DNA of 64,000 nt from positions 13,923 through 77,922 of the IMG/VR virus record IMGVR_UViG_3300042345_000884. One strand, written 5' to 3'. The stretch comes from a virus. The notes beneath the pieces were generated by a model that was not told the DNA's origin, did no database searches, and was given only the letters and a program-made list of their open reading frames with translations. Shown piece after piece: positions 9,189-19,471 of the stretch. Positions within the stretch are counted from its first letter, which is position 1. Every line of letters begins with the position of its first letter. A program made the translations under genes and the position numbers.

Positions 9189-11090
9189 ATGAAAAATACC
9201 CTAAAAGAAATTAAGCGGGTTACTCCCGTAGTTATTAAAGATTCAGTAGAAGGAAGTGATACTCCTTCTCAAGAGGAAGTCTTTACCTTGACTAAAAAAG
9301 CGGCTTTTCGAGGTGACTTAAAGCCCTCTGATAGCAGTGGCGTGCCAGTTAAAAATTCTGACTCCGACGAACCTGCTACCACTCCCGCTACTGCCCCTGC
9401 GCCAGTTTTTGACCCTAAAATGCTTCAAGAGCTTGTACAAAATACTGTGACAGCAACCGTAGCATCGGTACAGCAAGCAATGGAATCGGAAAAACAATCG
9501 GCATTAGAAGCACAAAAGCAACAGTTTGAGGCTACGAAAGCTGCCTTAGAAGCTTCTCTTAATTCTGCTGCGGAAGCTATCCAAAAATCTAATGAAAAAA
9601 TCACTCAACTAGAAACTAAAGTCACTGAGTCAGAAAAGACGATTAATAATTTTGCTGACTTAGGAAAGCTTTACGGTAGCCAAACACCAGAAAAAATGCA
9701 GTTCCCTAACATCAATAAAACCGTCGCCCATGATGCTGATAAAATTACAGGTGCGCTTGACGAAACCTTTGGTTTGATTGAAGACATTCAGAAAAATTCT
9801 GGTGTAATCTATTCGGCTCCTGTAATGGGCGGTAATCAGACAGTAAACTTGTACGATAAAGTACGATTAGATCGCCATGTTAAAAATAACCGGCAACAGA
9901 TTGTCAACTCTTTAGATGATTGGGGTCGCAAACAAGGCTGGTTCAGGGGGACTCGTTCGGCTCCTGTAATGGGCGGTCAAGTTTCAAAAAATGCCCCAAC
10001 GACTGCGGCGGATTTGCCTCCGTTTTTTCTTGATACTTTGTCAGCAATTCTCCGTACAACCCAAATCCCTGGGTTTGCATTTTGGCAGATTCCTAATTAT
10101 GCCTTAGACTTTACGGCTCGTAATGGAACTGTTATCCGAATTCCCCGATTAAATTACCTGATGAGTTCCCCGTCAGTAAGTGATTACCAACTATCAGGAA
10201 AGGGTGAGTACGCTGATCTGACTTCTGAATCAGATAATAATAGTGCATCTAGCGTATCGGCAGAAATCTTTGAGTACGGAAGAGGTAAGGTAGGGGCTTC
10301 TACTGCAATCCGACCTGTTTCTATCCCAGCTTTCACTGAATATTTTAGTGCGATGGGAATGATTGATTGGATGCAGAATACGCTGTATTACGACTATGCA
10401 AGTTTTGATAATACCATGATCAAAACTATGCTTGATAGCACGTCTTTGCATCTTTACAACAAAAAAGGTAGTCTCGTTACTTCTCCTACTGGACTATCAG
10501 CAACAGGAGATGATGGAACTTTTACCAAAGGATTCTTGCGGCGATCATATCAATATGCCCACGATAACAGGTTCCAAATGTACCCTGACCAGACGTATTT
10601 GTTATTCCTAAATTCGACTCAAATTCTGCAATTAAAAGAGAGTTATGATGACGATTGGCAAGCAAATACGACTCGCGATCTTGACGCTTTACTAAATATT
10701 CTCAATCCGTCTTATATTCCCCCTGGGGATACTGGAAGGGTTAGCTCATATTTAGGGTTGGTAGAAAAATTCCATATCTTTGAAACTGGCAATAGTGTCG
10801 GGGTCGGAGCGGCTGGTCAACCTGGTGTCCAGAGTGAAACATTAGGCGGTTCTTTAGGTGCTAAAACTACCCGTACTGGTTATTTAATCGGAGCCGGTGC
10901 GTTAGGTGTTGGTGTAGGGATGCCGTTTCAAATCACTTTTGATAATGTCACTCAATTTGATCGTCGGATTCGGGCAACTTGGTTAGCGTGGCTTGGTTAC
11001 AAAACCCTAGACGTTGACCCCGTGGGTACCGGTGAAGCTTCTCAACAGTTACGAGTAGCTGAATTACGCACTTTAGACGTGGCTGTATAA
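9189..11090 (+). CDS. Major capsid protein with N-terminal scaffold-like coiled coil
   Basis: 633 aa after the protease; GTVIRIPRL and C-terminal FDRRIRATW-type pattern. Confidence 0.75.
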   Translation: MKNTLKEIKRVTPVVIKDSVEGSDTPSQEEVFTLTKKAAFRGDLKPSDSSGVPVKNSDSDEPATTPATAPAPVFDPKMLQELVQNTVTATVASVQQAMESEKQSALEAQKQQFEATKAALEASLNSAAEAIQKSNEKITQLETKVTESEKTINNFADLGKLYGSQTPEKMQFPNINKTVAHDADKITGALDETFGLIEDIQKNSGVIYSAPVMGGNQTVNLYDKVRLDRHVKNNRQQIVNSLDDWGRKQGWFRGTRSAPVMGGQVSKNAPTTAADLPPFFLDTLSAILRTTQIPGFAFWQIPNYALDFTARNGTVIRIPRLNYLMSSPSVSDYQLSGKGEYADLTSESDNNSASSVSAEIFEYGRGKVGASTAIRPVSIPAFTEYFSAMGMIDWMQNTLYYDYASFDNTMIKTMLDSTSLHLYNKKGSLVTSPTGLSATGDDGTFTKGFLRRSYQYAHDNRFQMYPDQTYLLFLNSTQILQLKESYDDDWQANTTRDLDALLNILNPSYIPPGDTGRVSSYLGLVEKFHIFETGNSVGVGAAGQPGVQSETLGGSLGAKTTRTGYLIGAGALGVGVGMPFQITFDNVTQFDRRIRATWLAWLGYKTLDVDPVGTGEASQQLRVAELRTLDVAV

Positions 11091-11110
11091 ATCTTATCTC
11101 TCTAACAATT

Positions 11111-11338
11111 ATGGCAAGCAAAGAAACCACCATCGAAGAAACTCCATCTATTGCAACAAGTGGAACTAAAAACATTCCCCCGACAAATGGAACCAATGAG
11201 GTTACTTATAACAATCTGAAAGCATTGGGCTATCCAGTTTGTAACCGGTGTAAAGGTCAACTCAGAACTGATCTCGATCATCGTCCATTTTGTCCGGTTC
11301 ATGACAACTCATGTCCTTTGTTGAGTAAAATTTCCTAA
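11111..11338 (+). CDS. Small Zn-ribbon protein
   Basis: CNRC...CPVH...C. Confidence 0.6.
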   Translation: MASKETTIEETPSIATSGTKNIPPTNGTNEVTYNNLKALGYPVCNRCKGQLRTDLDHRPFCPVHDNSCPLLSKIS

Positions 11339-12009
11339 TGATTTTTAGCATTGATGACCTCCTACTATTCGCACCATCGGTATCTTTACCAGAAGATGCC
11401 GTCACTGGTGCGATTTACTTTGTTCAATCAATTGTAGAGGGGGATAGAGGTGCGGATCGACCTTTAGAAATTACCCGTCACAGAGAAAAGCTAAGAGTTA
11501 ACCTAAAATTCCAAAATTTTAGGTTAACTTATGTCAGCATAAATACTCCAATTGTCAGTAATCCCGCTCCGATAATTAAAGCTAGATTAGGCAATGTTAC
11601 CGATGGATTTAATCGGGCTATCGCTCCTGACAGTTGGCAGACTTTAACTTCTAACGATTATATGATCGATGTCGATGGTCAGATTCATTTATCTACTGCA
11701 ATCAGCAGATCGTGGGGATATTGGGGTTATCATGGCTATAATCGTGAGCCATATCCTGAGTTTTCCGAGGCTGATGTGGAGTATTCTAGTGGCATTGATT
11801 TCTCTCAAGATACCCGACAAATAAGAGAAATAAAAGCGGCTTTTGGTCGTATTTTAGATTGGGTATGTAATACGGGTTCTTTTAAAGGTGTTTCATCTGT
11901 AGAATTGCCTTTTGAAGAGGCAAAGATTAACTATGGAACTGGTCAACTTGGTACAATTCCCGATGATTTGTTGATGGTATTTAAAAAGTATCGCCCAATA
12001 AGCTTATGA
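11338..12009 (+). CDS. Head-tail adaptor protein
   Basis: Position after the capsid gene; VEYSSG and IPDDLLMVFKKYR patterns. Confidence 0.6.
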   Translation: MIFSIDDLLLFAPSVSLPEDAVTGAIYFVQSIVEGDRGADRPLEITRHREKLRVNLKFQNFRLTYVSINTPIVSNPAPIIKARLGNVTDGFNRAIAPDSWQTLTSNDYMIDVDGQIHLSTAISRSWGYWGYHGYNREPYPEFSEADVEYSSGIDFSQDTRQIREIKAAFGRILDWVCNTGSFKGVSSVELPFEEAKINYGTGQLGTIPDDLLMVFKKYRPISL

Positions 12010-12416
12010 AAGCAACTTTCATCTGTCCACTCCCCCCGACTCTCAATGAACAGATCAGGTTAGCTCGTGCAAACAAATTTAAAAGTGCGACTACTAAAAA
12101 AGACTGGGATGCTGATTTACAAAAACTTATCATAGAACAAGAAATTCCACGTTTTCCTGATAAAGTATGGCTACTCTATGAATGGCGAATTAAGAATTTT
12201 GGGCGTGACCCTGACAATATTTGTGGTAGCGCAAAATATGTTAACGATGGACTAAAAAAAGCGGGGGTTGTTGTCAATGACAGTTTGAAATATATTTATG
12301 GATACGATTCAATCTTTACAAAATGGCATAAAGATGAATTAAAGTTAATAATTAGTGACAAACCAATCATAAAGAAAATTTTTATAGAAGACGATGATAA
12401 CAATGAGACATCTTAA
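12006..12416 (+). CDS. RusA-like Holliday junction resolvase
   Basis: PPTLN, RDPDN...KYVNDGL...VVNDS. Confidence 0.8.
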   Translation: MKATFICPLPPTLNEQIRLARANKFKSATTKKDWDADLQKLIIEQEIPRFPDKVWLLYEWRIKNFGRDPDNICGSAKYVNDGLKKAGVVVNDSLKYIYGYDSIFTKWHKDELKLIISDKPIIKKIFIEDDDNNETS

Positions 12417-12564
12417 ATTAGACCCATCTATTGTCTGTGTTTTAATTGTTTTTGCTTACTTGATTCATTCTTTTTTTACTCCTGAAACTAGCGATACTTA
12501 CGGCATTGTTATTACAGCAATTGTTTCTGGATACCTCGGTTATTTGAAAGGTTCTGAAAACTAA
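12403..12564 (+). CDS. Two-TM small membrane protein (53 aa), possible holin
   Basis: MRHLKLDPSIVCVLIVFAYLIHSFF...GIVITAIVSGYLGYLKGSEN. Confidence 0.5.
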   Translation: MRHLKLDPSIVCVLIVFAYLIHSFFTPETSDTYGIVITAIVSGYLGYLKGSEN

Positions 12565-12995
12565 CTACCTTGTTCAAATCTTACATAAAGTTTAATCCTG
12601 CGTCCTAATTTTGCGGCGATTCCTAACTGTTGACTTGTTGGGGACTCAAACACATTTAACTGCCTAACAAGACCAATTCTGCCATTAATTGTTACTTGTA
12701 TCTCTCCTGTAGTCTTAATTGGGAACGGGTAATCTTTAGGCTTTACTAATCTTCCCTCAAAGTATTCACAATCAAGATAGCTACCCTCTTGTACTTCCGC
12801 TATAGGAGGTTTTGCCTGTTGCAGCCAACAGGCAATTACTACGGATTCCATCGCTGTAGGGCCTATAATCGGATTGCCTACACTATCGGTAGTCATAGTA
12901 GAACCCATAGCCACGGAAAAGGATAGAGAAGAATTAGCCTTAATCGTAGGATTTTCTAGAAATTTCCCCGCAACCCCAATAGCAGTGTCGAACAT
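12561..12995 (-). CDS. Putative head-closure/structural protein
   Basis: 144-aa beta-rich ORF; function inferred weakly. Confidence 0.45.
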   Translation of the reverse strand: MFDTAIGVAGKFLENPTIKANSSLSFSVAMGSTMTTDSVGNPIIGPTAMESVVIACWLQQAKPPIAEVQEGSYLDCEYFEGRLVKPKDYPFPIKTTGEIQVTINGRIGLVRQLNVFESPTSQQLGIAAKLGRRIKLYVRFEQGS

Positions 12996-13186
12996 TTGTA
13001 TTAATATAAATTTATCTAATCTCAGTGTAACAAAACTGTCTTGACAATTCAAGCAAGAAGCCATATAGTTTAGTTATGGGTGCGAAACGTTTAGGCAACG
13101 CTAAAACTCAGACAGAAAAAGATATTAAATTGATAATCGAAAAGGCGGACAAACAAAGCCAAATAACTATCTAAAAGAGGTGCGTC

Positions 13187-13735
13187 ATGGGAAAATCTCA
13201 ACTTTGTAAAAACTCATTATCTCTTGGGGTAAAAATGGGAAACACATTAAGTTATGTAGTTTTTTGTAACTACTGTAGTTTTGAGATTCAAGAATGCCTA
13301 GACATTAAAAGCATTGAACTGCTAAAAAATATTATTCAGGAAACTATCAAGGCTAATCCGATAAAAAAGTACACACAAGCAAACTGGAAAAATTGGATAA
13401 AAACCAGTCGATTAATTATTCCAGGTTTTAATGGCGTATGGAAGAAATTAAAAAAGATTAGGCAAAACTATTTTAGAAAAACAATGCAAGAAATGTGGCA
13501 AAAAATGAACGACTTTGATTACAGTCAATACGAATATGATATATTTGAAAAACTATGGGACGAGAAAGCATGGGATGAATTTCAGGAATCATGGGAAAAA
13601 GATTGCAGAGAAAGACAAAGAAAACTGGCTAGAGAACTAGCTTACACTAATGATTTGTGGGAAATTTTAGTAAAGACAAAGCAAAAATTACCTAGTTTTG
13701 ATAATTTTGGGAAGGAGTTAGGCAATGGAAGATAG
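13187..13735 (+). CDS. Hypothetical protein
   Basis: 182-aa ORF with GAGG RBS. Confidence 0.6.
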   Translation: MGKSQLCKNSLSLGVKMGNTLSYVVFCNYCSFEIQECLDIKSIELLKNIIQETIKANPIKKYTQANWKNWIKTSRLIIPGFNGVWKKLKKIRQNYFRKTMQEMWQKMNDFDYSQYEYDIFEKLWDEKAWDEFQESWEKDCRERQRKLARELAYTNDLWEILVKTKQKLPSFDNFGKELGNGR

Positions 13736-14015
13736 AATTAAAGCTAGACTTGCTTTTGTAGAAAAAACCAAAAAAGACTTAACAGAATTAAGAAGTCGAA
13801 TTTTGGGGGAACGAATGTCAAAAGAACAATATTATCAAGATAAAGTTAATGATGCTATTAGCATTAAAAACACTGTTTCTTTTTTTAACAAACATTCTGA
13901 TAGAATAAAAGAAGAATTTGGCAACCCTGATTTTGAAGCTTTATTCGATAAAAGATTAGTCATGAAAATCACTTGTTTTGACAATTTTTGGGAAGAGTTA
14001 GATAATGGAAGATAA
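13725..14015 (+). CDS. Hypothetical protein
   Basis: Overlapping ORF; C-terminus resembles that of the previous gene. Confidence 0.6.
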   Translation: MEDRIKARLAFVEKTKKDLTELRSRILGERMSKEQYYQDKVNDAISIKNTVSFFNKHSDRIKEEFGNPDFEALFDKRLVMKITCFDNFWEELDNGR

Positions 14016-14199
14016 ATTCACACTAGAAGATTACATTTACGTTGCTATTGACCCAGAAGTAGCAAGAAAGCTACTTAAAAAACACAAAAAAGACTGGAAA
14101 CCTTTTGACGAATTTAACGGCTTTTATCACTGTCTAAAAGACACACTAAAAGACTTTGATAATAGATTTGAACCCAAAAAAGAAGAGTCTGAATTTTAA
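14005..14199 (+). CDS. Hypothetical protein
   Basis: 64-aa coupled ORF. Confidence 0.55.
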   Translation: MEDKFTLEDYIYVAIDPEVARKLLKKHKKDWKPFDEFNGFYHCLKDTLKDFDNRFEPKKEESEF

Positions 14200-14214
14200 C
14201 TTTGGAGTAATAAA

Positions 14215-14418
14215 ATGTCTCAACCTATCGAACTTTCCCTAGAGCAACAGTTTAACATTCGTTCATTTCAGACTCAGGTAGAAAAAATGAGTCGTGAACA
14301 AGCCCAATGCTTTTTAGTTGAACTTTACGAACAAATGATAGTTAGGGAAAGTATGTACAAAGCTTTTCTTAAACACCAGTGGGGATTAGGAGATAATCCT
14401 TTCCCAAAAATAGAGTAA
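14215..14418 (+). CDS. nblA: Phycobilisome degradation protein NblA
   Basis: LSLEQQFNIRSFQTQVEKMSREQAQ.FLVELYEQM...YK.FLKHQWG. Confidence 0.96.
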   Translation: MSQPIELSLEQQFNIRSFQTQVEKMSREQAQCFLVELYEQMIVRESMYKAFLKHQWGLGDNPFPKIE

Positions 14419-14485
14419 TACCACAATGTCAGTTATCAGTTATCAGTTTTTACATCTCTCAAGCAAAATAAAGGCAAAACTAATT

Positions 14486-14635
14486 ATGACTATGACTCTT
14501 CAAGAAATACAACAGAAAATAGATTTACTTCTAGAAGAAATAGAAAACTGGAAACCTAAATCTGATTTATTTCTGAAAGAAATAGAAACTTGGAAGCAAC
14601 CCAATATTAAAGAAAAAGGAAAAGCCAATGTTTAA
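14486..14635 (+). CDS. Small hypothetical protein
   Basis: Overlaps the thyA start; internal LxEIExWK repeat. Confidence 0.45.
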   Translation: MTMTLQEIQQKIDLLLEEIENWKPKSDLFLKEIETWKQPNIKEKGKANV

Positions 14636-16196
14636 CGCAATCTACAAGCCCAATCAGTTGATTTTAGGCAGTGGCTATATTGCTATCTGTACAGGATGGA
14701 CTCCTGCTAAGTCGGTAGCATCAAAACTTAGTCCATCCGATTATGCCGTAATTGGCAATCTTTATAATGCCTCAAGGGGAATTAACTTTTTGGTTCGCAA
14801 TCTATTAGCTAATCCTCACGTTCGTGATCTTGTTGTAATGAACTCAACCCGTGAAGACAAAAATTCTGGTAGTGTTCAATGTCTAAAGGATTTTTTTGAA
14901 AATGGAGTTTATAAAGGAAAAAATGATGTGGGGAAAGAGTGCTGGGTAATTCATTCTTTGGTCAAAGGATACATTGATATAGATGTTCCTTTAGAGGTTT
15001 TAAATCAATTACGGTCTTCTGTTACGTTAAAGGATTGTCTCACAGTCTATTCAATTCTACCTACAGTTAAAGAAATAATCGAGCCAATGTATGGCACTTT
15101 TATTAAACCGTGGGCAGAACCGATGGTCTTTCTCTACAATGAACCTATATCAGAGGTAAAACCCGGCCCGATCTATAGTCATCGAATTGAAGGTAAAACT
15201 ATTGCTGAAACTTGGATAAAGATACTGCAAAGAATCAAGACTACTGGTACTATCAGACCGACTGGGTATGATGGTAAATGGCAAGAATTAATCGACTTAA
15301 TGGCGATAGTCACCGATGAACCCGAAGACTTTTACTTTCCCGATCCCAATTATCTACCTTTAGATAGAGAATATCTAAAGAACTATATCCCACAAATACT
15401 TGATGATGGTGATTATCGAGAAGGGGTTAAATACACCTATGGTCAACGCTTAAGGTCATGGTTTGGTCAAGACCAGATTAAAGCAGTTATTAACAAATTA
15501 GTCAAAGAAATTGACTCCGCTAGTGCCGTTATGTCGCTATGGGATAGTGGAAGTGGAAACTATCAAATACTTGCCGAACATAACAGTTGGCGTACAAACG
15601 ATTATCATACAATCGTGCGAGGAGAAAGAAAAGGGGGTGACTCAGATCATAATCACGGCGGTTCACCTTGCCTTAACCATATTTGGGTAAGAGTAGTAGA
15701 TAATAAACTATCCCTGACAGCTACCTTTAGAAGCAATGATATGTTTTCCGCTTGGCCAGCTAATGCAATGGGATTACGGGCTTTACATTGGCATATTAGG
15801 GACGAAATTGCTAGGCAGTCTGACTACGATTTAACAATTGGTCCACTGATTACCATTAGTCAATCAGCCCATATTTACGATGACTGTTGGGAAACCGTAG
15901 AACAATTACTTGCTAATCAATACCAATCGATTATTAATCAAGAGTTTCAAAACTACAATGACCCTACTGGTAATTTTTTGGTAGAGACCAGTGGATACAA
16001 TGGAAACAATATCACAGTCAGTCAGCTAACCCCTAACGGTGAATTTGTGGGGGAATGGGAAGGTAAGAATCCTTTGAAGTTAATCCGTCAAATAATTGCC
16101 GATTGTCCCAGTATTCAATCGTTTCATATTGGCTATTTAGCTAGAGAAATTGAACGAGCATCTCAACAAAAAACAAATTACACTCAGGATAAATAA
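14628..16196 (+). CDS. thyA: Thymidylate synthase fused to an MtrA-like N-domain and a DUF4346-like C-domain
   Basis: YTYGQRL, PCL, FRSNDM...WPAN, SAHIY; N-terminal RNLLANPHVR; C-terminal HIGYLAREIERA. Confidence 0.88.
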   Translation: MFNAIYKPNQLILGSGYIAICTGWTPAKSVASKLSPSDYAVIGNLYNASRGINFLVRNLLANPHVRDLVVMNSTREDKNSGSVQCLKDFFENGVYKGKNDVGKECWVIHSLVKGYIDIDVPLEVLNQLRSSVTLKDCLTVYSILPTVKEIIEPMYGTFIKPWAEPMVFLYNEPISEVKPGPIYSHRIEGKTIAETWIKILQRIKTTGTIRPTGYDGKWQELIDLMAIVTDEPEDFYFPDPNYLPLDREYLKNYIPQILDDGDYREGVKYTYGQRLRSWFGQDQIKAVINKLVKEIDSASAVMSLWDSGSGNYQILAEHNSWRTNDYHTIVRGERKGGDSDHNHGGSPCLNHIWVRVVDNKLSLTATFRSNDMFSAWPANAMGLRALHWHIRDEIARQSDYDLTIGPLITISQSAHIYDDCWETVEQLLANQYQSIINQEFQNYNDPTGNFLVETSGYNGNNITVSQLTPNGEFVGEWEGKNPLKLIRQIIADCPSIQSFHIGYLAREIERASQQKTNYTQDK

Positions 16197-16198
16197 CA

Positions 16199-16570
16199 AT
16201 GCTAAAAAACTCAGTAACTCTCAATGGATTAAGCGACGATCAAAAGTTTTTTGCTAAGTCATACATTATTCCCACTTTAATTGAATCTACTGAAACATCC
16301 GGTAAAACTTTTACTGATGGAGAAATTGCAGAACTTTACGAAATTAATTTAACTACTGCCCGTAAGTGGAGAAAATACATAAGAAACGAATGGGAACCAA
16401 ATACAAACCTCTGTTGCAGTTATTCTTTGCCTAAAATTTGGAAGATCAAGGATAACAAAATGTGGGAAAGAACAGAATATAACCCAAACAAAGACTCTTC
16501 ATGGAAAGGATTCATAATATTTGATGATGAAACTATTATAAAAGCTGGATTTGTTGTCAATAAAAGCTAG
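16199..16570 (+). CDS. HTH-like hypothetical protein (paralog of 16887-17132)
   Basis: FTDGEIAELYEINLTTARKW...PNTNLC...WERTE. Confidence 0.6.
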   Translation: MLKNSVTLNGLSDDQKFFAKSYIIPTLIESTETSGKTFTDGEIAELYEINLTTARKWRKYIRNEWEPNTNLCCSYSLPKIWKIKDNKMWERTEYNPNKDSSWKGFIIFDDETIIKAGFVVNKS

Positions 16571-16591
16571 TACAAAAAAGGAAAAATAGCA

Positions 16592-16840
16592 ATGGACGCT
16601 AAACAAGTTCTTAAAGAGTTAATACAATCGGTCAACGAAATTGATTTATACAATTTCTTATTACTTTATTCAAATATAGGAATTAATAGTGAAAATGAAA
16701 TTGATAATGAAACCGATTATGGAGAAATTAGGCACGATCAAATTAATGCTTGGATTGATAAAGCTATAGAATCGGTTTATGAAAAACCAGAAAAAAATGA
16801 CCGACCTAATATCGAAGGAATGCTAGGATTATTAGAGTAA
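16592..16840 (+). CDS. Hypothetical protein
   Basis: 82-aa ORF. Confidence 0.55.
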   Translation: MDAKQVLKELIQSVNEIDLYNFLLLYSNIGINSENEIDNETDYGEIRHDQINAWIDKAIESVYEKPEKNDRPNIEGMLGLLE

Positions 16841-16886
16841 TACAACAATAAATAGTATTAAGGTATAACTAAAGGAGACAGATAAA

Positions 16887-17132
16887 ATGATGACAAAATT
16901 TTTTAATCGCTCACATATTACCCCTGCTTTAATTAAAGTCGGTGAGACTTTCACTGACAAAGAGATTGCTGAAATTTACGGCGTTAGCTTAACTACTATT
17001 TGCAGATGGAAAAAAGATGTAAAAGCTTGTCGTCAACCAAACACAAAACTCTGTTCAACTTTATCTTACGCCTGGATAATCAAAAAAGATGGTAAATGGG
17101 AAAGAACCGAATGGAAGGGAGTGTTTAATTGA
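16887..17132 (+). CDS. HTH-like hypothetical protein
   Basis: FTDKEIAEIYGVSLTTICRW...PNTKLC...WERTE. Confidence 0.6.
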   Translation: MMTKFFNRSHITPALIKVGETFTDKEIAEIYGVSLTTICRWKKDVKACRQPNTKLCSTLSYAWIIKKDGKWERTEWKGVFN

Positions 17133-17184
17133 AATAAAATATAATAGAAGCAAAAAAATTAAATTAAAAATCAGGAGTAAATAA

Positions 17185-19437
17185 ATGATTAACGTAATTC
17201 AAAGAAGTGGAAAAACTCGTCCTTTAGACGTCACCAAAATTCGACGAGTAGTAGAATGGGCGTGTGAGGGGTTAGAAGTCAATCCTCTTGCATTAGAGTC
17301 AGGATTAACTTCTCGATTGCGAGATGGAATTACCACGCGAGAAATTCAAGAAAATTTAATCAATGTTGCCACACAATTGTTCTGTGTAGAAGAGACTGAC
17401 TGGAAGTATGTAGCTGGAAGACTTCATATCTGGGGACTATGGAAAGACACTAGAATCAAGAGAGAATTTGGTGGGTATTTATCGCGTACAGTTTTTAAAA
17501 GACTTGAAGGGACTGACTACGCCAAATATGTCCAGTGGCAAGTGGAGAGGGGTGTTTATGATTCAAAAATCACGGAAATCTATGGCAAAAAAGACCTAGA
17601 AATTGCGGGAGAGTGGATATATTCAGAATACGATAAAGATTTTGACTATGCTGGTGCGATCATGTTATCAAAAAGATATTTGCTTGATTGTGAATTACCT
17701 CAAGAGGCTTTTCTGACTTGCGCTTTGTTACTTGCTAGTGTAGAGAAAAAGCCAGAAAATAGATTACAACTTACCCATCAAATCTACCTAGCCATAGCTC
17801 AAAGAAAAATCTCTTTAGCTACTCCAATTTTAGGCAATCTAAGAACACCTAATGGTTCTTTAAGTAGTTGCTTCATCGTGGCGATGGAAGACAATCTAGA
17901 GAGTATTTTTAGCGAGATTACTAATACTGCTCGCATCTCTAAGAATGGCGGCGGTGCTGGGGTAAATGTAAGTAGAATCCGTGCCACTGGTAGCTCGGTT
18001 ATGGGGAAAGCTAATGCTTCTGGTGGGATTATTCCTTGGATTAAATTACTCAACGATACAGCTATTGCAGTAAATCAGGGGGGAAGACGCGCCGGGGCTG
18101 TCACCGTCGGGGTTGATATTTGGCATTTAGACGTGCCAGAATTTCTAGAAATGCAGACAGAAAACGGCGATCAAAGACGCAAAGCTTATGATGTTTTTCC
18201 CCAATTAGTTATCACCGATGAATTTATGCGTCGGGTGATAACTAAAGCCGAGTGGACATTAGTTGATCCCTATGAAGTTCGGACAAAACTAGGGATAGAA
18301 TTAGCAGAACTATGGGGAGATAAATTTGAAACTGCCTACAAATTAATCGAAGATAATCTAGGAATAGAGATTACTCTCTACAAAAAAATTAACGCTAGAG
18401 AACTATTTAAAGATATTATGCGATCTCACTTAGAAACTGGGATGCCTTATCTTGCCTTTAAAGATACTATTAACCGAGGCAATCCTAATAAACATGATGG
18501 ATATATCCCCGGTGTAAATTTATGCTGTGAGAGCTTTTCTAATGTCACGACGGGTAAAACAGCCCATTGCTGTAATTTAGTTAGTCTTAATCTTGCTAAT
18601 ATTGAAACCATTACTAATTTAGCGGAAATGTGTAGTCTTGCTGTCAGAATGCTTGACAACACAATCGACCTGACTTGTCCCCCAATTGGTGAAGCTAAAG
18701 AACACAATGACCGCTATCGAACTATTGGAGTAGGGGCAATGGGATTAGCTGATTGGTTAGCTAAACGGAAATTATCTTATAAAAACTTTAAATCTATCAG
18801 TGATTTATTTGAAAATATTAGCTATTTCTGTACTCATGCCTCAATGGAATTAGCTAAAGAACGCGGAGCTTATCAAGCTTTTTACAGTAGTGAATGGAGT
18901 CAGGGTAAATTACTAGGGGCTAAACCGTTAGAATGGTTTGAGTTAAACTGTGAAGATACTTATCATTGGCGTAAATTAGCTGCTAATGTACAACGCTACG
19001 GCATTAGAAACTCTCATGTTACTGCTATAGCTCCTAATACCACATCATCTTTAATTCAGGGTTGTACCGCCAGCGTTTTACCCGCTTTTAAACGAGTATT
19101 TACAGAAAAGAACTCAAAAGGTGCTGTTCCTAATTGCCCTCCTTTTATTAAAGATTCTTTTTGGTATTACCAAGAGAATCAAAATCTTGATCAAAAGATT
19201 GTTGTTCAAGCAATTGCTGAAATGCAAAAATGGATTGATACAGGGATTTCTATGGAATTACTGTTTAACCTTAATCAGGGTGTTTATTTTCCTGATGAAC
19301 CAAACCGCGTATTAACAGCTAAAGAAGTTTACGAGACTTTAATCTTAGCGTGGGAATCAGGCTGTAAAGCAGTGTATTATGTGCGAACTGTTCAAAAAGA
19401 TAACTTCAAAGATAGCTGCTCTAGTTGCGCTAATTAA
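17185..19437 (+). CDS. nrdA: Class I ribonucleotide reductase alpha subunit with ATP cone
   Basis: ATP cone, LSSCF, NQGGRRAGA, NLCCE, AIAP, KAVYY, C-terminal CSSC. Confidence 0.97.
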   Translation: MINVIQRSGKTRPLDVTKIRRVVEWACEGLEVNPLALESGLTSRLRDGITTREIQENLINVATQLFCVEETDWKYVAGRLHIWGLWKDTRIKREFGGYLSRTVFKRLEGTDYAKYVQWQVERGVYDSKITEIYGKKDLEIAGEWIYSEYDKDFDYAGAIMLSKRYLLDCELPQEAFLTCALLLASVEKKPENRLQLTHQIYLAIAQRKISLATPILGNLRTPNGSLSSCFIVAMEDNLESIFSEITNTARISKNGGGAGVNVSRIRATGSSVMGKANASGGIIPWIKLLNDTAIAVNQGGRRAGAVTVGVDIWHLDVPEFLEMQTENGDQRRKAYDVFPQLVITDEFMRRVITKAEWTLVDPYEVRTKLGIELAELWGDKFETAYKLIEDNLGIEITLYKKINARELFKDIMRSHLETGMPYLAFKDTINRGNPNKHDGYIPGVNLCCESFSNVTTGKTAHCCNLVSLNLANIETITNLAEMCSLAVRMLDNTIDLTCPPIGEAKEHNDRYRTIGVGAMGLADWLAKRKLSYKNFKSISDLFENISYFCTHASMELAKERGAYQAFYSSEWSQGKLLGAKPLEWFELNCEDTYHWRKLAANVQRYGIRNSHVTAIAPNTTSSLIQGCTASVLPAFKRVFTEKNSKGAVPNCPPFIKDSFWYYQENQNLDQKIVVQAIAEMQKWIDTGISMELLFNLNQGVYFPDEPNRVLTAKEVYETLILAWESGCKAVYYVRTVQKDNFKDSCSSCAN

Positions 19438-19471
19438 CCATGAATATTGTTTTTTATGTCATTTTATCTAT

